Below are positions 50,689-62,300 of a stretch of DNA of 64,000 bases, in pieces. The DNA comes from a virus. The first letter of the stretch is position 1. Every line of letters starts with the position of its first letter. The DNA is taken from IMG/VR virus record IMGVR_UViG_3300045988_083449, positions 1-64,000 of that record; one strand, written 5' to 3'. The notes below the pieces were generated by a model, which saw only the letters and a program-made list of their open reading frames with translations, did no database searches and was not told the origin of the DNA. Position numbers and translations under genes: made by a program.

Positions 50689-53241
50689 ATGGCAGACGTA
50701 GCACAAACTAAATATAAATTCTCTGACAGTTACAGCGGTGTTCCTACTGGAATATTCAATGGAGCCGCAGGAGGTTATCACTTCGGAGGAGGTTGGGACG
50801 CTGAGACAGACCGCAGAGCATCCAAACGAGCCGAAGGTCTACAGTTATTCAAGGACTATGTACAGACCTTAACGGACAACGGAATTGTTCCTAATCAAAA
50901 CTCTCTCAACAATTTCCTTGGCCAAGCAAGTGGCTTTGGATTAGATGCTTCCTACGGGTTTGACCCGTATGCGGCACAGCAGATGATGGAGTCGGCGATT
51001 GCTCAAGGTGTAAACAAGAAGCGGGAAATCGCAGAGAAGAAACTTAAGACTGAAGCGGAAAACTCAGCGAACATTACAACGCTCTTATCTACGGAAAGAG
51101 GTAATTACAAAACAATGGAGGAAACTCTTGAGAATGTTGCTCAGAGAAATCCTGACATTGATAAGACTCGTATTGCCAACCTAGCTGCTACCGCAGAACA
51201 GAAATGGAACGATGATGTCTTTAAAGGTATCGACGTAACAACTAAGGGAGTTATTGACGAGGACTCGTTTGAAGGTTGGAAGCAAAGCAATCCCAACTCC
51301 ACGGAACAACAGCAGAATTACTACAAACAAGCCGTTGCCAACAACAGAACAACTCTGATTGAAAACACAGCAAAGACCATTGGTCTTGATGTCGGCAACC
51401 TAACGAAGTCAGACGAAGAGCTTACGAAGATGGCTATTGCTCGTTTGCCGGATAACGCTAAGAACGATCAGGGAATCGTGTCAGGTGTTGTAAAGGCTAT
51501 TCGTGGTAACGCTCTAAACCAAAACGCTACCACAGGCAGAACCGTCGCTGAAAATGTTGCGAAGTCTATTCCTGAAGTTGCAACACAATCTTTCGAGCAA
51601 AGGGAAAAAGAAGAGGTTGCTAAACAGCAGACTCGTGCCAAGCTGGACGAAGCGGCAAGACAAGGCCCTCAGAATCGTTCTGCAATGAAGGCAAGGCTCC
51701 GAGAGAACTTGACTAAAGCAAAAGGGAATAAGGAAGCCAACAAACTTTCTGTCGCTCGTACAGAGGCGATGATTGACTATATGCTTTCTCCTAAAGCGGA
51801 AGAGTTAATCGGCAATGCTAAGACGGAGAGTGAACTAAAAGAAGCGTTGGCTGATGCTGTGAAAAAACACTTAGCCTTTCCGAGAGAAATTGAAGATCAA
51901 ATTACTCTACAGGACAACGGTTTTACCAATCCTACAAGAATCTCTTCCTCTTACGGAACGAATCCCTCTCACGACTACAACACGTTCGTCCGTAACGCTA
52001 ACCCTATCGTGAATCCGTTGATCGAAGGAAACGTTGATGCCATTCAGAAGGCAAGAGTTTCAGGAATTGAGAAGGACTTAACCTCTGCTAGAGACAGTAT
52101 CGCCGCAGTTATTGGAGGAAGACTTCAGTCAGTTCGTGACGGATTAGCTTCTGCGGGTGTTCATGCTTATTCCGATGCTGAGTTGATGAAGCTGGAAAGT
52201 CAGTATGTCGGCGAAGCCTTGATGAATAAGGGGTTGACCAACGAAGATCGCAGATACATTTTCAACAAGGTGTATGCCTCTATCGGAAATCCGCCCTTTA
52301 TCGAGAAGTCTGTAGATGTGGTTGAGAGAAACTTCGGACAGCTCAACAGCCTTATCAGAGCTAACGTTCCTCCGAGTTCTGTAAACACTATGTATCCCAA
52401 TATTGGGGCTGACACCTCCAATAGAACTCAGCCTGTTCCGATGACACCTGAGCAGAGACAAAAGATCATCAATGAGTCTTGGGCTCATTGGCAAGGTATT
52501 CCTTCTCAAACTATGCCGACCCCTAAGCCTGTACGAGCGGAAGAATCTCTGATCGAAAAAATAATTCCGTCGGCTAATGCGGCTGAGTTTAGACCTGCAA
52601 GGGAAAACGTATGGATGGATTCCGAGACAGGAGAAGCAACAAACACTCCGTATGTTACGCAGTTGAAGCAATATCCTGAATCGTTCTTCAATACCATGAG
52701 ATACGATGACCCGAGGCTGAATAAAGCGGCTGTTCATTTGAACAACCAATACGGTCTGCCCACAGGGTTGCTCAACGCTATCAAGAATGCAGGTGAACGT
52801 TCAAATAATAATCAACGCCCTGACTTTAAGAAGACTGGTTCGACTGCTCAAGGCGTGATGCAGATTACGAATACAACAATGAAGGGAACAACTAAGTACG
52901 GAAGCCTAAAGCATAATCGCCTCAATGCTGTGGAGAATATGGAAGCCGCCGCTAAGTTGTTGTCCCATGAATATCAGAGACTACAAAGAGCCATTCCTGC
53001 ATGGAGTAATGCAAATCCGTTGTTGGCAACAATCATTCAATACAACGTTGGGTCAGAAGCGGCAAACAAGTACATTAAGTCCGGACGGATAGACAACATT
53101 GGTCTTCAGTCTCATCAGTTCGCATACCTCAGGCGAGTCCTTGAATACATGAGAGATCATCAGAAAGAAGAGGCTTTAGAGTATCGGAACGACATGGAGA
53201 ACGGGACAAGCGGTGCGACCTGGGAGATCGCAATGAACTAG
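50689..53241 (+). CDS. internal virion protein with a C-terminal lytic transglycosylase (SLT) domain
   Basis: AGGAG RBS before ATG 50689. NAGERSNNNQ ... GSTAQGVMQITNTT ... IIQYNVG fits the SLT E-S ... GLMQ ... YN pattern. Confidence 0.7.
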   Translation: MADVAQTKYKFSDSYSGVPTGIFNGAAGGYHFGGGWDAETDRRASKRAEGLQLFKDYVQTLTDNGIVPNQNSLNNFLGQASGFGLDASYGFDPYAAQQMMESAIAQGVNKKREIAEKKLKTEAENSANITTLLSTERGNYKTMEETLENVAQRNPDIDKTRIANLAATAEQKWNDDVFKGIDVTTKGVIDEDSFEGWKQSNPNSTEQQQNYYKQAVANNRTTLIENTAKTIGLDVGNLTKSDEELTKMAIARLPDNAKNDQGIVSGVVKAIRGNALNQNATTGRTVAENVAKSIPEVATQSFEQREKEEVAKQQTRAKLDEAARQGPQNRSAMKARLRENLTKAKGNKEANKLSVARTEAMIDYMLSPKAEELIGNAKTESELKEALADAVKKHLAFPREIEDQITLQDNGFTNPTRISSSYGTNPSHDYNTFVRNANPIVNPLIEGNVDAIQKARVSGIEKDLTSARDSIAAVIGGRLQSVRDGLASAGVHAYSDAELMKLESQYVGEALMNKGLTNEDRRYIFNKVYASIGNPPFIEKSVDVVERNFGQLNSLIRANVPPSSVNTMYPNIGADTSNRTQPVPMTPEQRQKIINESWAHWQGIPSQTMPTPKPVRAEESLIEKIIPSANAAEFRPARENVWMDSETGEATNTPYVTQLKQYPESFFNTMRYDDPRLNKAAVHLNNQYGLPTGLLNAIKNAGERSNNNQRPDFKKTGSTAQGVMQITNTTMKGTTKYGSLKHNRLNAVENMEAAAKLLSHEYQRLQRAIPAWSNANPLLATIIQYNVGSEAANKYIKSGRIDNIGLQSHQFAYLRRVLEYMRDHQKEEALEYRNDMENGTSGATWEIAMN

Positions 53242-53269
53242 TTTTTCTAACAGTTTCCCGAAAGAAAAG

Positions 53270-53316
53270 CTCCGTTGACTAGATGATTGGCACACACATT
53301 TAGTCACGGAGTTTTT
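53270..53316 (+). promoter_or_regulatory. hairpin plus T5 that sequesters the SD of the giant gene
   Basis: CTCCGT(T)GACTA / TAGTCACGGAG: 11 bp with one bulge and a 19-nt loop, then TTTTT. The GGAG at 53308-53311 lies inside the 3' arm, and the ATG is at 53318. Confidence 0.4.
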
Positions 53317-53317
53317 A

Positions 53318-56300
53318 ATGTCTGTTGAATCGCTTATCCAAGCAGGACAAAAAGGTTACGCCAACATTCACGATAACGACTTTTACTTTTCCGATTCCAA
53401 CTTTAAAGAGATTGGAGAAAATGAAGAGTTAACAAAGTTCTTTATGAAGCAAGTTGACCCTGACGGCTCTAAGTATGGTGGAGATGTTGAGAAGGCAAAG
53501 ACGGGTTTCTTGAATGACTATACATTCAAATCAAACTCCATTTGGGGAGAGGTGAAGGGAGCGGTTCAATCTGCCAATTACTCTGAAGAAGAAAGACAGC
53601 AGAAGAATTTCCTTCAGCGTATGTACGATACAGCTCCCAACCGTTTGACAGGTAGTGACGGTGTAAGCGGAGCCGCTCAAGCCTTAGGTTACGGTTTGGC
53701 TGGTGGTCTTGTCGGTGAAGACGGTGTTGATCTTGGAATCAATATCGCATCTACTGCCGCATCATCTTGGCTTGGTGCAAAGATGGGTGCTGCGGCTGGT
53801 ACTGCTGTAGCTCCTGGTGCAGGTACAGTTGTAGGTGGAGCTCTTGGTGCAATTACAGGCGGAGCCTTAGCCTTATTTGGCAAGGGAGCTTTGGTCAAAG
53901 GAACTCAGCAACTCACTAAGGAGGGGGCACAACAGCTTCTAAAACAAATTGCCACGAAGGAAGGCAAAGACGCCTTAGTCAAACAGGTCGCTAAAGAATA
54001 CGGATGGAATACAGCTAAGGCAGAGTTCGCAGTCAATGGTGTGTTAGGCGGAGTAGGCGGAGCCGCTGAGGAATACAAGAACGAAAACATCGGGCTGTCT
54101 GAAGGCAACTTCACGGACTACCTAACGTCAGCAGGTGGCGGTGCTTTAATGGCTGGTGGTATCGGCGGAGCTTTAGGCTACGTTACTTCTCGATTCGGAG
54201 AAGGTCGCCGCCTCAGTAAAGAACTGGTTCAGGATACCCGTGACGGTCAGAAGATCATGGCTACCATCGGTGATGACGGCCCTCGTACTTACCGTGAAGC
54301 TATCGAACAGAGACTCAAGGACATTGAGGAAAAAGAAAAGCCGACACAAGACGAGATTATTCAGAAACAACAGCTTGAAGCTGAAAAGAAACTCTACGAT
54401 AAGTACCGCATTCCCCTGACAGAAGAACAGCGACAGGGTGTCAACGATCTCTGTTCTGATCTTTCTATCCAGCTTAGACAGGAAGCTAATGAGCTTGACA
54501 CATTCCCGTCTACTTCCGGGCATTCTCCTGAAAAACTCAGAGCTGTGGCTGATATGTTGGACAACCTTCTTGACTTCAACTCGGCAGAGAAAGCTGTGGT
54601 TGATGCCGAGAAATCGTTGGTAGGCGGAGGTGATGATGCACGAGCTAACCTTGCGAGAGTGAAGGCTAAGTGGTCTGCTTTACGCAGTATTGGCAAGTAC
54701 CTAAACGACAATAAGTTAGGCGAAAGAGATTCCGTCTACAGTCTCTTAGATGACGCAACGTTCATGGACTTCGCCAAGAACCTGGACGAGAACGTTAAGA
54801 ATGCGATTATTGCTGAGAACAAACGTGTCTATCCTGAAGCAGGTCTGCGTCCAGGAGAAGAGCTCCATCCCCAAACGCCTATCGCTCAACCTAAGGACAC
54901 AAAGGGAGCTACCGCAACCAAACCTCAGCCTGACACTAAGGCGTCCCGTAAGAAGGCAGATATAGCCATCAAAGATAATCAGTCCGGCAAATCCGCTTCT
55001 AAGATCATTGACGAACTAAAGCAGGAAGCTCAAACCAATCCTGAGGAATCAGCCTTAGCTTCCATGACACCTGATGAAATCGGAAGCATTGCACCGACAA
55101 TTGAGGATGTGATTGCTGGAATGCCGAAGGAACAGGCATCTGTTCTGACCCAGCTTACTCAGTCTTCCGTTAAGCCTGACGGTACTCCGTCTCAAGTGCC
55201 TAAAGAGTTCATGGATGCTTTGCGTTCTATTCCTGAAGACGAAGGTCAGTTCCAACAGTTGGTAGCGAATCTATCCCAAGGTTCTGGTATTCCAGCCGAT
55301 CAGTTGGCTCCTGCGTTGAAGGCCGCTAAACAAAGCTATGCCGCAAAGGTTACAGAGATTGAAGCTAAGGTTGGCGATCTTAAAGCGACTAGTGAACAGA
55401 TTCTTGAGAGATTAAAGAACGCCCAAGAACAAAGTGCTGCTACGTCTGAAGCGACACCTATATCTGCTGAGATTACACCTCCGAAAAAGACTCACGAGCA
55501 AATCTCTCGTGAAGCTCAAAAGAAACGTGATCAGCTTCAAGCTGAAGCAGATATGACTAAGGCAGACAAAGACGAAGTTGTCCAACGTCTGAGCCAAAGT
55601 GTATCCAAGACTCGTGAAGTATTCGCATCTAAGGAAACGGAAGTCACTAGCTTGATTCAGGATGGAATGTCCTTAGAAGATTTCAAAGGCACCGTTCCTG
55701 AAAGACTTCAACCGTTGATCGAAGGCGTCACCGATATGGCTACTGCTAGAACAGTGATCAAAGAGAATGCCCAGAGACTTGCAGACTACTCAATCCTTTC
55801 GTCTATCAACGATGTTGTAGGCAGTGAGAACCTGGTTCTCTTTAAGAAGTTCCTACCGTTGTTCGGTGATGATAAGGATGCAGTACGCCTTGCTAAACGA
55901 CTGGATAACGTCGTTGCAGACATACACGCTAGAGCGCTCAACGAAGCCGATGGTGAGGGTTTTGATTCCGTCTTAACTTCCGCCATCAACAAGGGCTTGG
56001 TGCCTCTCAAAGGCGCAAGAAAAGGCCGTATTGACCCTGTTCTTGAAGCGGCTAAATGGCTTCCTGAAAACGTAGATGAGAAGGTTAAAGCCAAGGCGGA
56101 GACATTAGCCAAGCGGGTTGCAAAGAGCTGTGAACATAACGCTCAATTTAAGAAGCTATCTGAAGAAGCTCAGAACTCCATTAAGGTTCGTCTGATTCAG
56201 TCCAGGGTTCAAGGTTACTTAGCTAATCGAGCTGAGTATGAAGGCGTCAAGAACTCAGTTGCCGCCGATATTCAGAAAGCATTCGACAGTGTTGAAGCAT

Positions 56301-59300
56301 TAAAGGGTCAGAAGTTTGACACTATGCAGGATGCAATGTCTGCCATTGGTTCCGCTGAAGAACGCTATCGCTATGTACAGTCGGAAGATTACATTCAGTC
56401 GAAGTTGGACGACTTCTTTAATAAGTATCAGGAACCTGCCAACCTTGCTCCGCATCAGAAAGAAGAAGGCGGTAAGCCTGTCTATGATGAAAAAGGCAAC
56501 TTGGTTAAGGTCGAGAAAAAGAAGGGCGTAGTTGACGAGAAGGGTAATGCTGTATACGAAACTCGATATAAGAACGTCAACCTGAATACAAGCTCGTCTA
56601 GGTACAACCTTCGAAAGAACTTTGATCAGGTTAAAGCTAATGCTCTCGCTACAGCTTCCGGTAGAAAGGCCGGTAAAGAGATTGCAGCTCTTGCCCAGAA
56701 ATTAAATCCGGAAGGATTCAAATCCTTAGATGCAAAAGGATTAACAGAGAAAGAAGCTGAAGGCTTGATCTTGGAAGGAATGTTTGATCGCATTATGAAT
56801 ATGCGTGAGAAACAAATCCTCGACCGTCTTGTCAAGAACATGGTTGACGGAACGGAAGACCTCGACGAACAGGCGTTTGAAGAGATCGGTAGAAAGTTTT
56901 GGAATACCAAGTTCACAGATTCCGATAAAGCAATCCTGAAAGAAGTTGCACGTGACGAGTTTGAACACGCTAGAGAACGTGAAAAGCTGAAAGCGGTCAT
57001 CACTGCTTATGCTGATAAAGAGAAACTTACTGGAGCGGACAAGCAGATTCTTTCTCGAATCATCGAAGGTATGAACCGAATGCTGAAGGAACAGCATGAT
57101 GTTGTGATCGAGAAGAAAACCAAAGGTGCTAAGAACGCCGTTGACTTTAACAAGACAACACCTATTGTCGAAGCTAAAGATGTTGTCCTTGACGAAAAGA
57201 CTGGCAAACTTCTTATCTTCGGTAAAGAGTACGGTACTTTTATTAAAGACGAATCAGGAAGAATTGTTGTCACGAATCAGGCAGGTAACACACTCACTCC
57301 CGCAGAGAACCTTGAGAAGCTGATGGGACGCAAAAACTTCCAAAAGATTTTACGTAAGGCGGAAAAAGAACAAGCACAAGAAGCAAAGCCGAAGGTTGCA
57401 AAGGAGACAGAAACTAAAGCTCCTGTGACTGCCGATGAAATTATTGAGGAAGTTAGAGCTGATGCTGTTGACGAGATTGTCGAGAGAGAAGCGGTGAAGT
57501 CTGCTGAGACAGAGAAGTCTATCGCCGACTCTGCTTCCACGTTTACGTCCGAGGATTTAGACCGTCCGATCACTGACTACTATGCTTTAGTAACAGACGA
57601 TCAGTTCATTACTGCCCGTGTAAAACGAGCTGATGGTTCTGTGGCGTGGAAACATATCTATATAAACAAGGCTAACCCTAATGCTTCCATGAGAACAGCC
57701 TTGGGTAATTATCAGAAACAGATCGACCTCGGCAATGTAACGATCATGGGTTGTCCTCTTCGTGGTGGAAAGCGTAAAGGAGCTGATACTGATTGGTGTG
57801 CTCAGAATGCTTTCTACCTAACGAACAACAAAAGAGGAAAGACCGACCCTGCGTGTATCTCAGAGAAAAAAGCTCAAACAAAACTTGACGGAAGAGTTGC
57901 TGAGATTAAAGATTCAATCGGCAACGATGACCCATTGATTCACTTAAAAGCTATGGATTATCCGTTAGAGGAGAAGGAGCTGAAGTCCGTCTTCTTTACG
58001 GGAGAAAACGGAGAAGAGATCAACGGCCTAGACTTTATCAATTCGTTTGAACAACGAGCACAGCAGCTCTCGATTGCGCCGGGTATGACTCGTGATGCCT
58101 TTGAGAAGGAAGTTGCAAAACTCTCTTCGATGGCAAGACTAATTAACGAGAAGCTCCCTTACGGTTATCGCAGAGACAATTCAAGCCGCATCAACTCTGC
58201 TCGTGGTCTTATGGTAAGAATGAAAGGACTCAATCCGTCCGAGAAGATTTCTGCCTTGAGAGCATTGCAACAGTTGGATAAAGACTTAGCACCCAACTCC
58301 TCACCCTACATCTTCAAAGGTACAGACGAAACACCCTCAGGATTTGGTTACGAGCAGAACGGAAAGATCAACAAGAACGGTAAGAGAGCAGATAAGATTC
58401 TTGTACCTAACGGAACCGATGGGGTTCAATGGTCTCCTGCTGTATCACACGAGCTTCTGCACTGGGGCTTTACCAATCTGCTTACGCCTGATGAAAAGAT
58501 TCAGTTCCTTGAAACTTGTGCCAAGAAGTATTTCAACGAGGACGGGACGGTTAATACCAAGTTAGCAGTGAAGATCGGCGGAAGTAAAGAAGCTGTGTTT
58601 AAGGCCGACGGTTCTTTAGATGTAGCTGAGCTTTTCGCATACGAAGGAACAGGTTATTACGGAGACCGTTTAACCAAACAGGCTGCTCAAGCAAACGATT
58701 CCTTCTGGGATATGTTGGTATCTAAGTTCAAAGATTTGATGTCTTGGATTCAAGGCATGAGAAACGACATCTCGCCTGAGAATATTGAACTCTTTGAAAA
58801 GATTCTCCCAAGTGAGTACAACTCCAATCGTTATGAAGCAGGTGTTCTGTACGACTTGACCGCTAAAGAAAGAGTCGCAGTTTCTACGCTTGATTCAAAG
58901 ACCAACAAAGGTGTTCATGGTTTGAACATTATGAACAACCTTGAGAAGGTTAGAGCTGATGCATTCAGAGCTATGTTCGACCCGTCTATGTCTTTGCTTG
59001 ATCGAGCCGAAGCAATGAAGAGTGTTGCCGGATATCTCAAGGGAGTGATTCACGGCTCACGTACTGAGATTGGTTCTGAGTACATCGCAAAAATCAGAGG
59101 AAAGATTATCGGCTACGCCGAACAAATCTCTGATGCTGAAGGTAATAAGCTCATTGAAAGTAAGCTGAAGACTAACAACTTATTTATTAAAGGCAAGAAA
59201 GATAACCGACAGTTCGGCACAGTTCTTGAGGTTTATCAAGATCGGTACAAGAGCCTTGGCTACTCAGACGAAGAAGCAAAGAGATTGGCTGAAGGTTCTG

Positions 59301-62300
59301 TTATTGATGACGTATTGGATAAGGCAGAACGAGGTGATGCTTTGTATTCCGACGATCTTCTGTTTGATGATGTTGGAGAAGATGCAGGATACCGTGCAAC
59401 CAATACTCAGTCTCCTGATGCTGACACTCGTTCCTTGTCCCCTGAACGTTTAGCTGAGATCAACGAACAGGCAGAAAAGGAAACATTGGACGAAGCTAAT
59501 AAGTGGCTGAGGGAAAACAACCTTCCTGAAGTTCACTCGGACAACGAACTGTCTGCCGCTTTTGAAGCAGGGAATATTCCTCGGGAAGAGATGATGGACT
59601 TCATGGACTTCTATGAAACCCGTCTCGAAGAACTTAAAGGTACAGCACAAGCGGAGCTTGTTAATAAAACAGAAGTGGGAGCGCCGAGAGGAAACAGTGC
59701 TGCTGTTCAGAAAACATTGGGCAGACTGTACGACATCATTGTTGACGCAGAAGATTCTGTTATCACAACGATGAAGAACAACGGTTATGCTCTTGCTCCT
59801 AACGAACGTCACCGTCCGAGTGTTGCACCTAAGGGAGAGAAGTTCACTCCTCCGTCTAAGCCAAGTGGCCCGAAGACTCCTGAGGTAAACGTCGTCAAAG
59901 AAAGCGTTGATGCCAAGGCTCTGTTAGGTGAAACAGACGGCATTCCGAATCTTGCGCCTCCGAAGATTAAAGCAGTTCTCGATTCTATTCTTACATCAGA
60001 AAAGCCTGAGGTTAGAGACGCCGTTCGTAGAATGCTGTTCCGCTACAGTGAGTTCTTAGGCAGGGATGATCTAACAGTCAGAGACATTGCAAACCTATTA
60101 GACATTGAGCTTCCTGAGTTTATTGACCCTGATAAAGTGGTAGATGCCTCTGCTAGTTTTATTGCGAATCCGAACGGCAGAAAAGCTGATGCTGACTTTT
60201 ACACAGATGCGACAACTAAGCTCAAGTCAATCGGCTTGTACCTTACTCAGGGAGCGAAGTCTGATGTGAACCAGTTGCTATCCGCCAATCTCTATCTATC
60301 CTTAAGCGACAGCATGAGTATGGATGTGTTGGAAGATGGAATTAAATACATCTTTGATGTTGGAGCTACTCCAAGAGTTAGCCGTGATTCTTACAAAGCA
60401 AGACTTCTCAATCTTCCAGAGAACGTCCTTGACGGCATGAGAGAGTTCCTGAAGACTGACGATCTTAAGAAAGCCTTTGCGGATATTGACTTTGAGAAAG
60501 GAACTGAAGGAGCATTCTTTACCATTGATGGCAAGAAGGTTCCTGTCGGTGATGTGGTACAGACTGTTTACAGCAACCTTGCTCCTGAACCTACAACAGT
60601 CAAAGCCTACACCCCAATTACAGGAGCGATGGATACAGCAATTGATAACGGTTATGCACAGAACACATCGTCTGCCGCTGTTCGTATCGCCGCTTTGGGT
60701 AAGGGATGTACTCCTGCCCAAGCTGAGGTTACAGCAGGTTTAATTCCCACACGCATTCGTAATTGGTGGGGAGACTCTGTGTTCAAGAAAGCTCTGACTT
60801 CTATGGACAACGGTCTGTCTGTTGTTCTTTCATCCAACACCAAACGCTGTAAGGACTTAGGCGCCAACTTCCTTGCCGAAACAGGACGATTCTTCTACGA
60901 AGATAAGTCACGCTTCATTGGTAAACACTACGACAAACTTCAGACTGCTTTGCGTGAGCTGAGAGGAAGTGAGGTAAAGGGTAGATCAAACCTTCGCAAT
61001 CAGATCGGCAACGACTTTGAAGATATAAAGCGAAGCCTTCTGACGAACAACCATCTCGGTATCGTTACAGAGAACGAACGTGGAGTTATCGACTTTATGC
61101 GTACAGCTACAAACGATAACTGGCAACGCAAATGGGATAACCTTAACGAGGTTCAGAGAAATGCCGTCACAGAACTGACCAACCAGTTTGAAACCATTCG
61201 TAAGGAGATGGTTGATCTCGGTATTCAGGTCAACGACTACCGTGGAATGAACGGCATTCTCCATTACCTGCCGCAGAGATTCAATAAGGATTGGGTCACA
61301 AACAACCATGACAAGTTTATGGAAGGTATGACTAAGTTCTTCGTGAGCGAAGGAAAGTCTCAGCGTGATGCAGTGAACGTTGCGGAAAGTCTGTACTCCC
61401 ACATTGCCAACGACTTTGAGTTCTCAGGATTCTCAGGAACCGACCCGAAGTTTGCTCGTAAGAGCGGTGAAGGTTTGTACGCTCGTGTACTGAACATTAA
61501 GCCCGAGCAGTGGAAAGAGTTTGGTCTGACCGATATGTTCGACAACAACCTTGAAGCATTGGCTCGTGACTACATTGACCATGCAGGTACGCTGATTGAA
61601 CGAACCAAACGTTGGGGTGTTGAAGGACACGGAAGAGCTGCTTATTTCTCCGTACAAGCCGGTGGTCTTGACGGAGCTGCTAACGTTCTGATGCACAGTC
61701 AAGAAGCACAGAAACGAATCTTCCAAAGCGGAGACAACGCTAGATTAAATTCCGCATTGGAAGTAAATCTCTTCGGGCCTTTAACAACCAATCCTGAGGA
61801 AGCAAAGAAGATTGCAGAGTCTATTGAAAGAGCACTGAACGATGGAGTTTCGGTTGACAACATTGTGAACACGCTCGTTCAGTTGTATGCCGCAAACAGA
61901 GGAGCAGGGCTTGTTCACTTCCAGCGTGAAATGAACTGCCTTGTCAACGGCATTAAAGACTTCGGTCTGTCTGTCGGCCCTGATGCAAAGATTCCTCAGA
62001 AACACGCTAAGTATTTAGTACAGGCGTCTGACCTTCTTACAGGCATGAGAGGAGCTCCCAAAGACGACATGGCTGCTATCGGTTGGATGACATCTCTGAA
62101 CAACATGACCATGCTTTCAATGGCAACGATTGCATCCTTGTCCGACGTTGGTTTGATCGGTGTTCGTTCAGGTGAAGTGATGCCGTTCATTAAAGGTATC
62201 AAGGCAACCATGAAGCAGATGGCAGGAGGAGATCAGGCAGAACGTGATGCCATTCGTTCTCTCGGCGTCCAGTTTGAAACCGACCGAATGAATAACTTCC

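Noticed and set aside
52144-52749. 201-aa minus-strand ORF (and nested 52200..52421, 52506..52697)
   Set aside because: It is antisense to the 856-aa SLT-domain gene, with no independent signals.
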